DNA of 47,646 bases, taken from Octopus bimaculoides. Its lineage: Eukaryota. The notes under the pieces are model-generated. The model saw only the letters and a list, made by a program, of their open reading frames with translations. It was not told where the DNA came from and searched no databases. The position numbers and the translations under genes were made by a program. Positions 34,311-45,770 of this stretch are shown here, piece after piece; within the stretch, counting starts at the first letter, position 1, and the number at the start of each line of letters is the position of its first letter. The DNA is taken from the NCBI RefSeq assembly GCF_001194135.2, contig NC_068994.1, positions 2,382,120-2,429,765 on the forward strand, written 5' to 3'.

Positions 34311-36677
34311 ATGTTTCTATCACTGTGTATAGTACTGTCACTCTTGCATGACTGTCTAATGATAGATCTTACCTACCGAGTGCAAGAAGAGAAACCTTCA
34401 GGAACATATATTGCAGATATTGCTGCTGACTCAACCTTTTTGGACACTATCAAGTCATCAGAACAAAGTCTGATAACATTCAGTCAGTTGAAAGAAAAGT
34501 TAACACAACTGTTCAATGTTACAAAGCCAGGAAAGCTTTACACAGCTCAAATACTGGATGCTGAGTCTTTGTGTACATATAACAAAAAATGTTTTAGAAT
34601 AGTTAAAGTTGCAGTTCGAAAAACAAAAAGTTTCACAAAGATTTTGAAAATCAAACTAATAATAGAAGATATCAATGATCATCAACCAGAGTTTCCTCAG
34701 AAACAAGTCAATATTAAGTTTTCAGAAACAGATATTCAAGGCACTGTAAAATCTCTTCCAAATGCAATAGACAGAGATCTTGGGTTTCAGAATTCACTTA
34801 TAGAATATAAACTGAAGAAAAAAGAAGACGAGCCTTTTTCCTTATCTGTTTTCAAAAGAGCAGATGGCATCTCTTCCTTAAGGATTATTCTCGAGAAACC
34901 ATTAAACAGAGAAATTCAAGATTCATTTACACTTAATGTTATTGCCAAAGATGGAGGAACACCACCAAAGCAGAGTGTATTAAATGTTGTAATCTCAGTT
35001 GAAGATGAGAATGATAACCAGCCTGTGTTTTCCAAACCTTTATACAACATTTCTCTAAAATCAACTCATGAAAAAACAAAACCAGTTGTTGTGATATCTG
35101 CAACTGATTTAGATCTGGGTGAAAATGGGAAAATTTCTTACTATTTCAGTCCAAAAACGCCTGAAATTTCAAAAAAATACTTCCAATTAAATAAAGAGAC
35201 TGGAGAGATATTTATGGTTTACAATTCTCAGTTAGATGGAATAACACTTTCTGAGTTATTTGTTGAAGCCAGAGATGGAGGCAGTCCACCTCTCAGTTCC
35301 ATCGCAACTGTTTTAGTAAATGTTATTGACCAACACAACAACCCTCCAAATATTGATGTCAACTTTATTTCTTCTCAAAATGATAACACAGCAACCATTC
35401 CTGAAGATATTAAAGTTGGTAGTTTCATTGCTTATGTGATGGTCACTGACAATGATGTGGGACTTAATGGGCAGGTCAGTTGTGATATTAAACATGACAA
35501 ATTTAAACTACGGTCAATGGGGTCTAAGGAATACAACTTAGTTCTTGAAAAGCCAGTTGATAGAGAGACACAAGACCATTACAAAATCACTCTCTCTTGT
35601 CAGGATAAAGGTCTACCTCCTCTCATATCAACAGAAAATTTATCCATCCAAGTGACTGACATTAATGATGTACAACCAAAATTTACCAAAGATACCTTCC
35701 AGTTTCTTACTTATGAAAATAAAGATAAAGACTTCCCTATTGGTTTTGTCAATGCCACTGACCTTGATTTAGGACCAGGTGGTCAACTGACATATTTTTT
35801 ATCAAACAAGGATAAACCTTCACTTCCTTTTATAATTACTAGCTATGGCTTTATTTCAACTACAATGTCATTGGACAGAGAGAAACAAGATGTATATAAG
35901 TTCCAAGTGTTTGTGAAAGATAATGGATTGCCTTCTCTGAATGACACTGCCAATGTTGTTGTTGAAATTTTAGATCAAAATGACAATGCACCATTTTTCA
36001 CCTTTCCCAGTGTTGACCCTTACAATCTAGATATTCATTACTATCCACAAGGTAAAAAAGACATAACTGTTCTAAGAGCTTCTGACAGGGACAATGGAAA
36101 CAATGCTTTCCTAACATACGGATTCTTTAAAGGCAACGACAAAAACTTGTTTGCAATAAAACCTCATTCTGGTGTGGTGTATTTTTCTCGTAAAGTTTAC
36201 CTAGATGATGCAGGAGCATATGAACTGGTATTTATTGTCAAAGACAGTGGCACACCAATGCAGTCAGCAACAACTACAGTTTCCCTGACACTCACTGTTA
36301 GCAATAAAACATCTCCAATGTTGACAGCTGTTCAGTTACAATCAGATAACTTGATTGATGTAACTCTATTGATTATCATTGTTGCAGCAGCTGTAATAGT
36401 ATTTGTTGTTATTGTTGTTTCTATTACGCTGTGTATTGTTAGATGTGTTAAACATGGAACTACTACAGTAAGAACAGGGAAGAAACCGCCATACAACTCT
36501 GAAATGAGACAACTCCTAATTCAAACAAACAATCCAATTGGATTAATGAATTCTGAGAATATAATCAGTAGAAATGTTCTTCCAAAACGAACAAAACATC
36601 AACTTTATCCTGAAAACTTAGCTCAGAACAAATACAAAGCACCAATTATAACAAGAAATATTCTCAAGTCAGCACAG
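34311..36677 (+). CDS. Protocadherin B large exon: signal peptide, six cadherin repeats, TM helix, proximal tail (789 codons)
   Basis: Uninterrupted ORF. First ATG at 34311 (MFLSLCIVLSLL) follows acceptor ctgttttAG|34255. Repeat boundaries DINDHQPEF, DENDNQPVF, DQHNNPP, DINDVQPKF, DQNDNAPFF; EC1 has LDAESLC; TM LLIIIVAAAVIVFVVIVVSITLCIV; phase-0 donor CAG|GTAAAT at 36677/36678. Confidence 0.97.
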
Positions 36678-36942
36678 GTAAATATTGATAACTCCAGGTG
36701 CAACATATTTAAATTTAATCACTTATGTTGAAGTTAATTCTTTTTAATATTAAATACAAAGTTTCTAATTTCCTGGACTTTTAAATTCTAAACAGTGTAC
36801 ATTTACAATATTTATAACTACACTATATTTTAATTGGTTCAATCTCTGATCATAATATGGTGCTTATATAAAAATTATAATAATTCATCTGAGACATTTA
36901 TTATATTTTAGAAATCTACAATGGATGTTGGAATAATTTCTG

Positions 36943-36978
<36 letters not shown>

Positions 36979-37192
36979 CTTCATTTCAGGTATTCAAGAT
37001 TAGATGAAACAGTTCTCATTAATTCTGTTGTGTCTGGGGAGAGTCATTCTCTTTTAGTGCCTTATAATTTATGCAAGTAACTGATGTAACATGAAATTTC
37101 AAAGCAAGGGATTACAATTTAAAACATTGTTTAATAAAATGTTTCATGGAAAATACAAATGCTTCACATTTTTACTTTCCTTTTTCTTATAG

Positions 37193-37354
37193 AAATACAG
37201 TGAACCAGTAGTCGCAACATCTAATGATGATGCTATGGAACACAACACTGATGTTCCTGATTATACTTTGGAGACACTACCAGCTCAAAGAGATGGAAGA
37301 CACAAATTACGTGAAGGAGGAGGGAGACATTATGAAGAAATTCCAAGTATGTAA
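37193..37354 (+). CDS. Protocadherin B cytoplasmic-tail exon
   Basis: Acceptor tttttcttatAG|; KYSEPVVATSNDDAME...RHYEEIPSM-stop, then G|GTAAAA at 37355/37356. Same 163-nt length as 426-588. Total predicted protein is 842 aa. Confidence 0.88.
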   Translation, partial: KYSEPVVATSNDDAMEHNTDVPDYTLETLPAQRDGRHKLREGGGRHYEEIPSM

Positions 37355-39016
37355 GGTAAAAACTACTCAGTATGTTAGTTATATTGATACTGTTTTATAT
37401 CACAAATTTCATCAATGTAATGCTGTTGAATTTTGTTTACACATATACTTTTTTTAATTAATACAGAATAATAATAAATGGGAAAAAGGGCAGCAACACC
37501 AGCAAAGAAAATAATGAGGAACTGAATAAAGACAGCAACTCCATTCTTTAACCTAATATTTATGATGAAAAACATTCAATCACAGAATCAAACAGTTTGA
37601 TAGAAAACTTTCAAATTTCACAGACATACAGAGAAGAAAAAAATATTGTACATATTCACAATGGCAAATATTTTTACTCCCAAGATATCAGTATTTCCTA
37701 ATTTGAAAAATCATTTTAAAATATAATTTAAGGAAACAAAACGTGGTGCAGTGAATATATACAAGGTCATAATTTCTACTAAAATACTTCAGTTCTATGA
37801 ATCATAGATAGCATATCAGAAATAACAAAACTAGATACTTATGTATTTAAAACTATAGGTATATATGCATTATATTCGTATCAAATTTGACTTCAAGATT
37901 ATAAATATTTCATTTACATCACTTCAATGTATTCATTAAAAGCTTCTTTATTTCTTTTAGCCATTTTAAATACTCTAAATATTGAATGAAGAAAATATAG
38001 CTATTTCCCAATAATTTTCAATGGTTTTCTTTTGAAGTATGACTAATAGAATTATAAACCCTATGGATAAAGAACTTAAATCCAGTTTTAGATATTTTGG
38101 TCCTGCTCTGGGTTTTGAGCACATTGATAAGTAAGCTATTATAGAAGTTAACTCATTCTGATACTTTTAAGTTAAAGCTAGATTAGGGAATAAAACTTCC
38201 TGTGTCGAATTACATATTACTAATAATTAGATACAATTTTAGAGTGTTTGAGAGATTTTACAAGCTTTCAGTTTTACAAAAGTGAGTAAAATGCTATTTG
38301 GCTTCATATCAAGGCTCATTATCAAAGTCAATCTGTAATTTGAATACAACATTTTATAGCAATATTTATATTTGAGAGGATTCTAAACAAAACAACTCTA
38401 TTTACTGAGGGAATTGATTAATTAGAATTGGGGTGAAATGCAATTAAATTATGTTACTTTGAAATGAGTGTGTAACACTTCGAAAACAACTTATGCAATG
38501 CAGCATACTTTTCTCTCTCTCTCTCTCTCTCTCTCTCCAAATATGTAAGTGTGTGTGTGAGTATGTGTAAGTTAATGAAAATAAAATAAGTTAAATAAAT
38601 GTTGATAACATTATTTTTTACCTTGTAAGTATATCAGTTGTAAGATAAGTACATACTTAAAAAAAAACTATTACATCCACTAGAACTCATCATGCTAATT
38701 AATCTGTCCATCCTATAATTATGACTATTATATAAGTCATTATGCAGTCTACATCTCATTTATAAGGTGTCACACAAATCTCTCAACTATACAATTCATC
38801 ACATTAATCTATCTACTATATACATAATAACATGTCTATCAAAGATGAATCCACAAAAAATAAAGCTACAATTCCCTCAAATTTAATGATTTCAAACTTA
38901 CCAAATTATCCATTTTAATGCATTAACTACTGAAAATTTTTCCAAAACTGTTTTTTTTTTTCCAAACCAAGCTTTGATATTTTTTCATACAAGCAATATC
39001 ATAACTGAAGCATTTT

Positions 39017-39050
<34 letters not shown>

Positions 39051-40721
39051 AAAGATTTCTCAGCAGCCATTGTGTATATACTATATGGAAGACATTGTTC
39101 TAAAAGGAATCATCTATCATTCTTGATTTCATATTTTTTATCATTGTAATCATTTCACCTTGTATCTGACAGTTGGTTGATCTAATTAGTTTATTAATAT
39201 TTTTTGTATATAAATTTCTTCAGAAATAGTGTTAAAAAGAGATTTTTTCCTCTAAATCAAGCAGTATTTTTCATTTTTCTTATATGGAATATTTAGATAT
39301 ATAATTCTTTAATACAAATGCACTGTAAAATGTATTCACTTAATTTAGAATCCTTTGCAAATTATAGTCTCTTATAGTCTCTAGTATATAATCAGCCAGT
39401 ATCAATTCTTTATCTATTTGGCAGAAATTTAAAGCAGTTGCAAATTATGTTTACTTTTCTTATTTCACTTAATTTCAAATGCTCTTTACAAGATTTCACT
39501 CCCTCCTATGCGGAAACCCAAAAGTTTGGTCATGTTTTGTTATGTATCATTTATGTTAATATCATTGAAAGAGGTTTCAATGTTTCCTTGCTCATAATTT
39601 AGAGCGAGTATAACAGCAGATCAACCAGCCGAACTTTTTGCTTACCCATGGAAATGTGTCCTTTTATCTTAAACATATTTTATGTCATTGTCAAATATAT
39701 CCCTCTTTCTTATCAAATTTTTTTCTAACAAGGAATATTAGAACGTTGTGATTTTTGCATAATTATTATTTTACCCATATATATTGCAAGTTCTACCTGA
39801 GATGTCTTTCATAATTTTTGAATAAAATAATATAAAATGGAAATGAGTTATTTATGTATATCTTTAAACTATCCCACTTTATAATCTTACCTCCAATGAT
39901 GGTGAACAAATTAATAGAACATTGTGTTTATTTTGAAAAAAAAGTAATCAATACAAAAATTAGTAATTGAATTTTCTCTTTAGAAGCTAAAACTTCACAA
40001 ATTATAACTGCTATAATTGCATATATGCATACAAACACACACACACATGTATATATACACACAATTATGCATATTTATGCTTACATGCATACAAAAAAAT
40101 ATATGTGATTGTAGTAGTATTTGTTGAGTAGAAAGCTATAGTGTTCAAGTTTTTTATGAAGGTTGTTTATGGTAAGACGGGAGGAAGTGAGTGAGATATT
40201 GTCATGTTTAGCTATCAGAAAAAGCTATCGGTTTGAAATGTCTTAGCATTTTAAAGGTTTTGTGTTTGCAAGAAAAGATTAATTCTGAGTTAAGGTTCAG
40301 CATTTGGTTCCAAAATAAAAGAATATGGCTGGATTTATTGGTACAGAATTGGCAGGTTTTGTTGTTTCCTTGGTATGATTGTGCTCGGAACACTATTTTG
40401 CAATTAATGCTAAATGGGGTACTATTTGGTTTCAGTGCTCATATATGTTTGGATAGTGAAGTATCATTTTTTCTGCTTGGGTTGCAAGAAAGTATGAGTC
40501 TGTTGGTTGTATTATGACTTGATTTGGTTTGCTGTTGACCCTATATATGTATGTGGTTGAAGTTGGTTGGGTTTTTTTTCATGGTTACAGTTGCACTAGA
40601 GACAATATTATTTGTGAAACAGTTTATGCTTAGAGAGCAGGATGAAGAAATTCTGAAGTTGCAATCATTGTTATAAAGTGTGGTTTTCAAATTTTATAAG
40701 TTATAACTGGCTTCAGTTTTT

Positions 40722-41162
40722 TTCCAATCTGATCTGGCAAGGTTTCTACAGCTGGATGCCCTTCCTAATGCCAACCACTCTGAGAGTGTAGTGGGTGCTT
40801 TTTACATGCCACCAGCATGAGAGCCAGTCAGGCGGCACTGGCATCGACCATATATATAAATATGTATACATACACATATACATATGTAAGTACATATGTA
40901 CAGACATAGATACATACATATAATGGGCTTCTTTCAGTTTCCATCTACCAAATCTACTCACTAGGCTTTAGTCAGCCTGAAGCTATAGTAGAAGACATTT
41001 GTCTAAGGTGCCATGAAGTGGGACTGAACCCAGAACCATGTGACACTGAACTCAGGGACTTCTTTCACTTTCTGTCTACCAAATCCACTAACAAGGCTCT
41101 GGCCAGCCAGGACTATAGTAGAAAACTCTTTCCCAAGATGCCACATAGCAGGACTGAACCCA
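40722..41162 (-). mobile_element. Chimeric SINE stack: (GAT)-tail repeat fragment plus two family-1 head fragments
   Basis: 40722-40850 matches 3130-3260; 40921-41042 and 41055-41162 match the reverse complement of 22880-23005. Confidence 0.8.
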
Positions 41163-42374
41163 AGAAAGGAGTTGGCTAGAAAGGAGTTGGGTGCTTTTAG
41201 TAGCCTGCATGTCTGCAGTTCTCTGCAAACCATACATTATTAGTTCTATTAAGTAATGGTCTGAGAGAATCATGAGTCACCGTAACATTATGGATGAGTG
41301 TCACATTTTTACCCCTTGTTAGGTGGAGCACTATTTGCTCCATAAAGAACATGTTTGCGAGATCAAGCAGTCTTGGCTTTCTTTGCTTATTTCTGATTGT
41401 GTAATGCCTTTGTCATTTACTTAATTTGATATTATGCTCTGTACTCACGCAATGCTTTATTCTGAAGCATATGTCTATTGAGTTCCAGCACCAGGTTATA
41501 AGTATCACTAAATATGTGTGCACGCACATGCATGTGTGTGTGTGTGCATGTGTGTGTGTGTGTGTGTGTATGTGCAAATACATATATAAAACTGGGAATA
41601 GGGATTCAAGAACTCAAACAACATTCACAGATAGCTCCCCGCAGGATGTTCAGATAACAAGGGGAGAGTAGTTCAGTTTAGGGCATAAATTAATATCACC
41701 ATGCTTCTGAAAATCTCAGAATCATAAAAGTGGAGAGCCAAATGTTTAATGCATGTAAAATGTATTGAATAATAATCTTACTCATTATGTTACAATACAT
41801 CTACATGTATACTAATATCTGTGTAGGATGCTCTAGCTTTGATGATGTAACTGCATACAGATTATGAAAAAGCTGTAAACATATGGAATAAATATTTTTA
41901 TCTCTCACTTCTGAATTTGGTTAATTATACATTCATACATGCATGCATCCACACACACACACACACTCTCTCTAATCATCATGTGTGCATTAGACTGTGT
42001 GACAACAAATTTGCACAAAAACCTAAAAATGCTTGGTTTCATGAAGAAAGAACAAAAGAAACTGATGTGGGTTATCTGTATCAAATTTACTGGTGACTCA
42101 GTGAAGATTTGTAAGACATTCCAAAAATTCTCCATCTGAGATTCTTATGTGAATAGATATGCACACTAGAGTATATGCATCAATAGTTCAACCAACACAC
42201 CAACTCAACCACATATTCACAAATACCAGAAACTCTCTTTACTCAAAAAGTGTTGTTACTTTGTTAGCAACAGGCTTGAACTCTCTCAAGAAGAACTTAC
42301 ATAAAACTCAAAGAAAAATTGATATTTTATAATCAGAAAATGGAGAAAACCTCCACATTCTCATTTTTATATAT

Positions 42375-42480
42375 NNNNNNNNNNNNNNNNNNNNNNNNNN
42401 NNNNNNNNNNNNNNNNNNNNNNNNNNNNNNNNNNNNNNNNNNNNNNNNNNNNNNNNNNNNNNNNNNNNNNNNNNNNNNNN
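42375..42480. other. Assembly gap (106 N) inside a TA tract
   Basis: N run. Confidence 1.
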
Positions 42481-42502
42481 TATATATATATATATATATA
42501 TA

Positions 42503-42850
42503 TAAAGGAATGAAGCTAGTATGCTCTGATGGTTATGCAATATCAACGACGAAGTGCAAATATGCTGAGAGAAAAGTTGGATATAAGAGGAATAAGATGA
42601 AGCATGTCAGAAAGAAGACTACATTGGTTTGGGCATGACATGAATAGGAACGAAGACAGCTGTAAAAAGAAGTGCTGATTGCTTAAAGTGGATGGCACCT
42701 GTGGAAGAGGGAGATCCAAGAAGACATGGGACGAAGTAGTGAGGACCAATCTCAGGATGTTGGGCTTACAGAGGAGATGACAATGGACTGAGATGTCTGG
42801 CGATATGAGGTTCTTGAGAAGATTCACCCACCCCAGCAAAACTGAGTTCT
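42503..42850 (+). mobile_element. RTE-clade LINE 3' end
   Basis: RNEASML, LREKLDIRGI, ERRLHWFGH, LKVDGTCGRGRSKKTWDEVVRTNLRMLGL and DVWRY motifs. Confidence 0.85.
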
Positions 42851-43140
42851 GGAAGTGCTGTGTATTCCACCCACATGTAACATTAAATTTCTCACACATC
42901 TTATCCCAATAATCCAAACTGCATCTCTTCTCCTCTTCCTCACATTTCCTCTTTTTCATGCCTCTGTTTATCCCTCCCTCCCCATTCAGACTAATCCTGC
43001 CCTGTCAGCTGTATCAGGGATTGTTGCATATGTGAATAAACATTCAAAAATTAGGGAATGGAGGAGATAAAATCTAGACTACATATGTTTCTTAGCTAGT
43101 GGAACCTTCGAAGAAGTAAATTATTCAAACGAGGGAATAT

Positions 43141-43390
43141 ATATCATCATCATCATCATCGTTTAACGTCCGTTTTCCATGCTGGCATGGGTTGGATGGT
43201 TCGACTGGGGTCTGAGAAGCTAGGAGGCTGCACCAGGCTCCAATCTGATCTGGCAGTGTTTCTACAGCTGGATGCCCTTCCTAATGCCAACTGCTCCAAG
43301 ATTGTAGTAGGTACTTTTAACATGCCACCAGCACAGGGGCCAGAGAGGGCTGGCATCGACCACATTTGGATGGTGCTTTTACATGCCAGG
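43141..43390 (-). mobile_element. (GAT)-tail SINE-like repeat
   Basis: Matches 3038-3300. Confidence 0.88.
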
Positions 43391-43497
43391 ATTACTCCAA
43401 ACATTTACCAGTTTGTTCTCAGTTAAGTATTCAAAGTAGGTTATTCAACAGTTAATATAAATCCAATAATATTCTGATGAGACAAGAATTTAGTAAT

Positions 43498-43557
43498 CGT
43501 CCAACCCATGCTAGCATGGAAAGCGGACGTTAAACGATGATGATGATGATGATGATG
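43498..43557 (+). mobile_element. 3' terminal fragment of the same repeat, inverted relative to 43141
   Basis: CCAACCCATGCTAGCATGGAAAGCGGACGTTAAACGATGATG... Confidence 0.85.
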
Positions 43558-43789
43558 ACTCCATTGGATAATTCTAAATGTAGGTCTATGTAAAGCTGTA
43601 TAGACATAAAAAAAAAAATTAAAGGTAATGATATGCCACTTTGTAATAATCCTAATTACCATTGTTCACACATATACACAAGGTGACTCATTTAGTTTTA
43701 TATATATAAATGTGTAAAGAACTAAATGAAATTACTCAAATTTCACCTATATCAGCAAATCTGAAGGTGGAAGGGAGATAATTTCGAGA

Positions 43790-45495
43790 AATCAAGCTCG
43801 GATGGACCTAGTGCATGCTCAACGGCTATCTAGCAATAGCACGGGTACACAGAAATTCCGGGATGGTGTCCGGCATGCTGAAAACCCACGGCGATTGAGG
43901 CGCCTCTCAGCTTTTGTTGAAGCATGTCTCTAGGAGAAGGTCACTCTGATATAAAACCAGATGTGCAGGGAATGGCATTGGACATTTTGGGGATCTTTGG
44001 TTTGTGCTAGAGATCACAGCGCTCCCACATCCCTGAGCCTGCGACTCATATTGGCACCAGACATCTTGCTTCGGCTTGTCTCTGGATAATGTCAATAAAC
44101 AAGAGAAGGTCTATGAGGTGTTGTGCAAGCCTCATTGGACCTAAAACTCTGCACAGGCATTGCTGACCTCTGCTCGACATGTGCGTTTTTTCTTTTTTCC
44201 TGTATATATTTTCTTCATTTTTAGTATATATTTTTATTTTTATATATATTTTTTTTTTTATTCAGAAGTCCTGCGGTGATGGGAAGGTGATGAAGCATGC
44301 AGACCTGACGGAAGTATGTAGTCAGCGACCTGCATGTAGGCGGCCCATGCTAGATATAAAGTCATCTCCTTGTCGCGCCAAGACAGCGGTAGTATTCGGT
44401 TGCTGCATGGGTGTCTGAGCAGCTCNNNNNNNNNNNNNNNNNNNNNNNNNNNNNNNNNNNNNNNNNNNNNNNNNNNNNNNNNNNNNNNNNNNNNNNNNNN
44501 NNNNNNNNNNNNNNNNNNNNNNNNNNNNNNNNNNNNNNNNNNNNNNNNNNNNNNNNNNNNNNNNNNNNNNNNNNNNNNNNNNNNNNNNNNNNNNNNNNNN
44601 NGCTTGTGAGCTGAACCGTTATAAAATTGATATAGCTGCACTCTCAGAGACTCGTATAGAAGGTGATGGTCAGCTTGAGGAAGTAGGAGGTGGATACACC
44701 TTTTTTTGAAAGGGAAGGCAGGAGGAGCGCAGAGAGGCTGGTGTTGGTTTTGCAGTCTGATCTGATATCCTTAAGAAGTTGGAAAAGCTCCCTGTTCCTA
44801 TAAATGAACGTATAATGACGCTACAGTTGCACTTGAAAGGTAAGCGGTTTGCTACTCTAATAAGTGCCTATGCACCTACTTTGACTAGCTGTGATGAAGA
44901 TAAAACAATTTTTTATACTCAGCTGAGAGCCATACTTAGAAAAATCCCCAATTCTGATAAAGTCATTCTACTGGGGGATTTTAATGCCAAAGTTGGAACA
45001 AACTGGCAAACATGGAACTCTCTAGGATGTTTTGGAGTAGGGAAAATGAATAGCAATGGTTTCATGCTACTGGAACTTTGCAAAGAACATGGACTTTACA
45101 TTACAAGCACTCATTTTATGCACAAAGGTAATCACACAACAACATAAATGCATCCAAGGTCCAAAGTTTGGCACTTGCTGGATTATGTCATCATCCGCAA
45201 CCGCGACATTTATGACATTTGTAATGTCAAGTCCTTCCATGGATCGGAATGCTGGATAGACCACAGTCTGGTGCGAGCAAAGTTCCGAATGGTAATTAGG
45301 GTAAAAGAGAGAAGAGGACCAGTCAGCATTCCTCACCGCCTAAATGTCCACAAGGTATATGATGTTGTGGTTAGGAAAGAACTTCAGACTCGCTTGTCCA
45401 GCATTGAAACTGCTGCAACAGGGGAGGATTTTTGAGACCACGTTCTACAATGTGCAGCCGAAACCCTGGGATATGTTACTGCCAGACACAGAGAC
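43790..45495 (+). mobile_element. RTE (BovB-like) LINE 5' region and APE endonuclease, with an assembly gap
   Basis: From 44602: ELNRYKIDIAALSETR, GGGYTFF, LISAYAPT, VILLGDFNAKVG, HPRSKVWHLLDYVIIR, ECWIDHSLV; in-frame stops. 43790-44425 is GC-richer and assigned as 5' UTR with less certainty. Confidence 0.85.
44426..44601. other. Assembly gap (176 N)
   Basis: N run. Confidence 1.
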
Positions 45496-45499
45496 TCTT

Positions 45500-45770
45500 C
45501 TTTTGTCCCTCCTAAAGGTTACTATATCTGTCTGGAAGTCCCAGAGGATCTTTGCCTTCCTATTTTCACCCATTACCTTTCCCAGTGTATGTTGGTACCA
45601 AGCACCCATTACCTCATATCCATACTTCCAGCACAGTCGCCAGTGAAGGTTTGGGGATAACTTGTCATGTCTGCTCTTCTACTCTTTCTGTGCAAGACTT
45701 TCACAAGCACTGACAGCATGAGTCATGCTTTCGACCCTCTTCCAACACATTCTGCAGACGTTCATTGCAG
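45500..45770 (-). mobile_element. R4/Dong-type LINE CCHC/REL fragment
   Basis: Minus strand CRMCWKRVESMTHAVSACESLAQKE, RHDK, LHWRLCWKYG, WYQH and KILWDF. Confidence 0.8.

Noticed and set aside
268-37355. Vertebrate-style variable exons spliced to a shared constant exon
   Set aside because: Each large exon here has its own adjacent tail exon; nothing in the window requires exon sharing.
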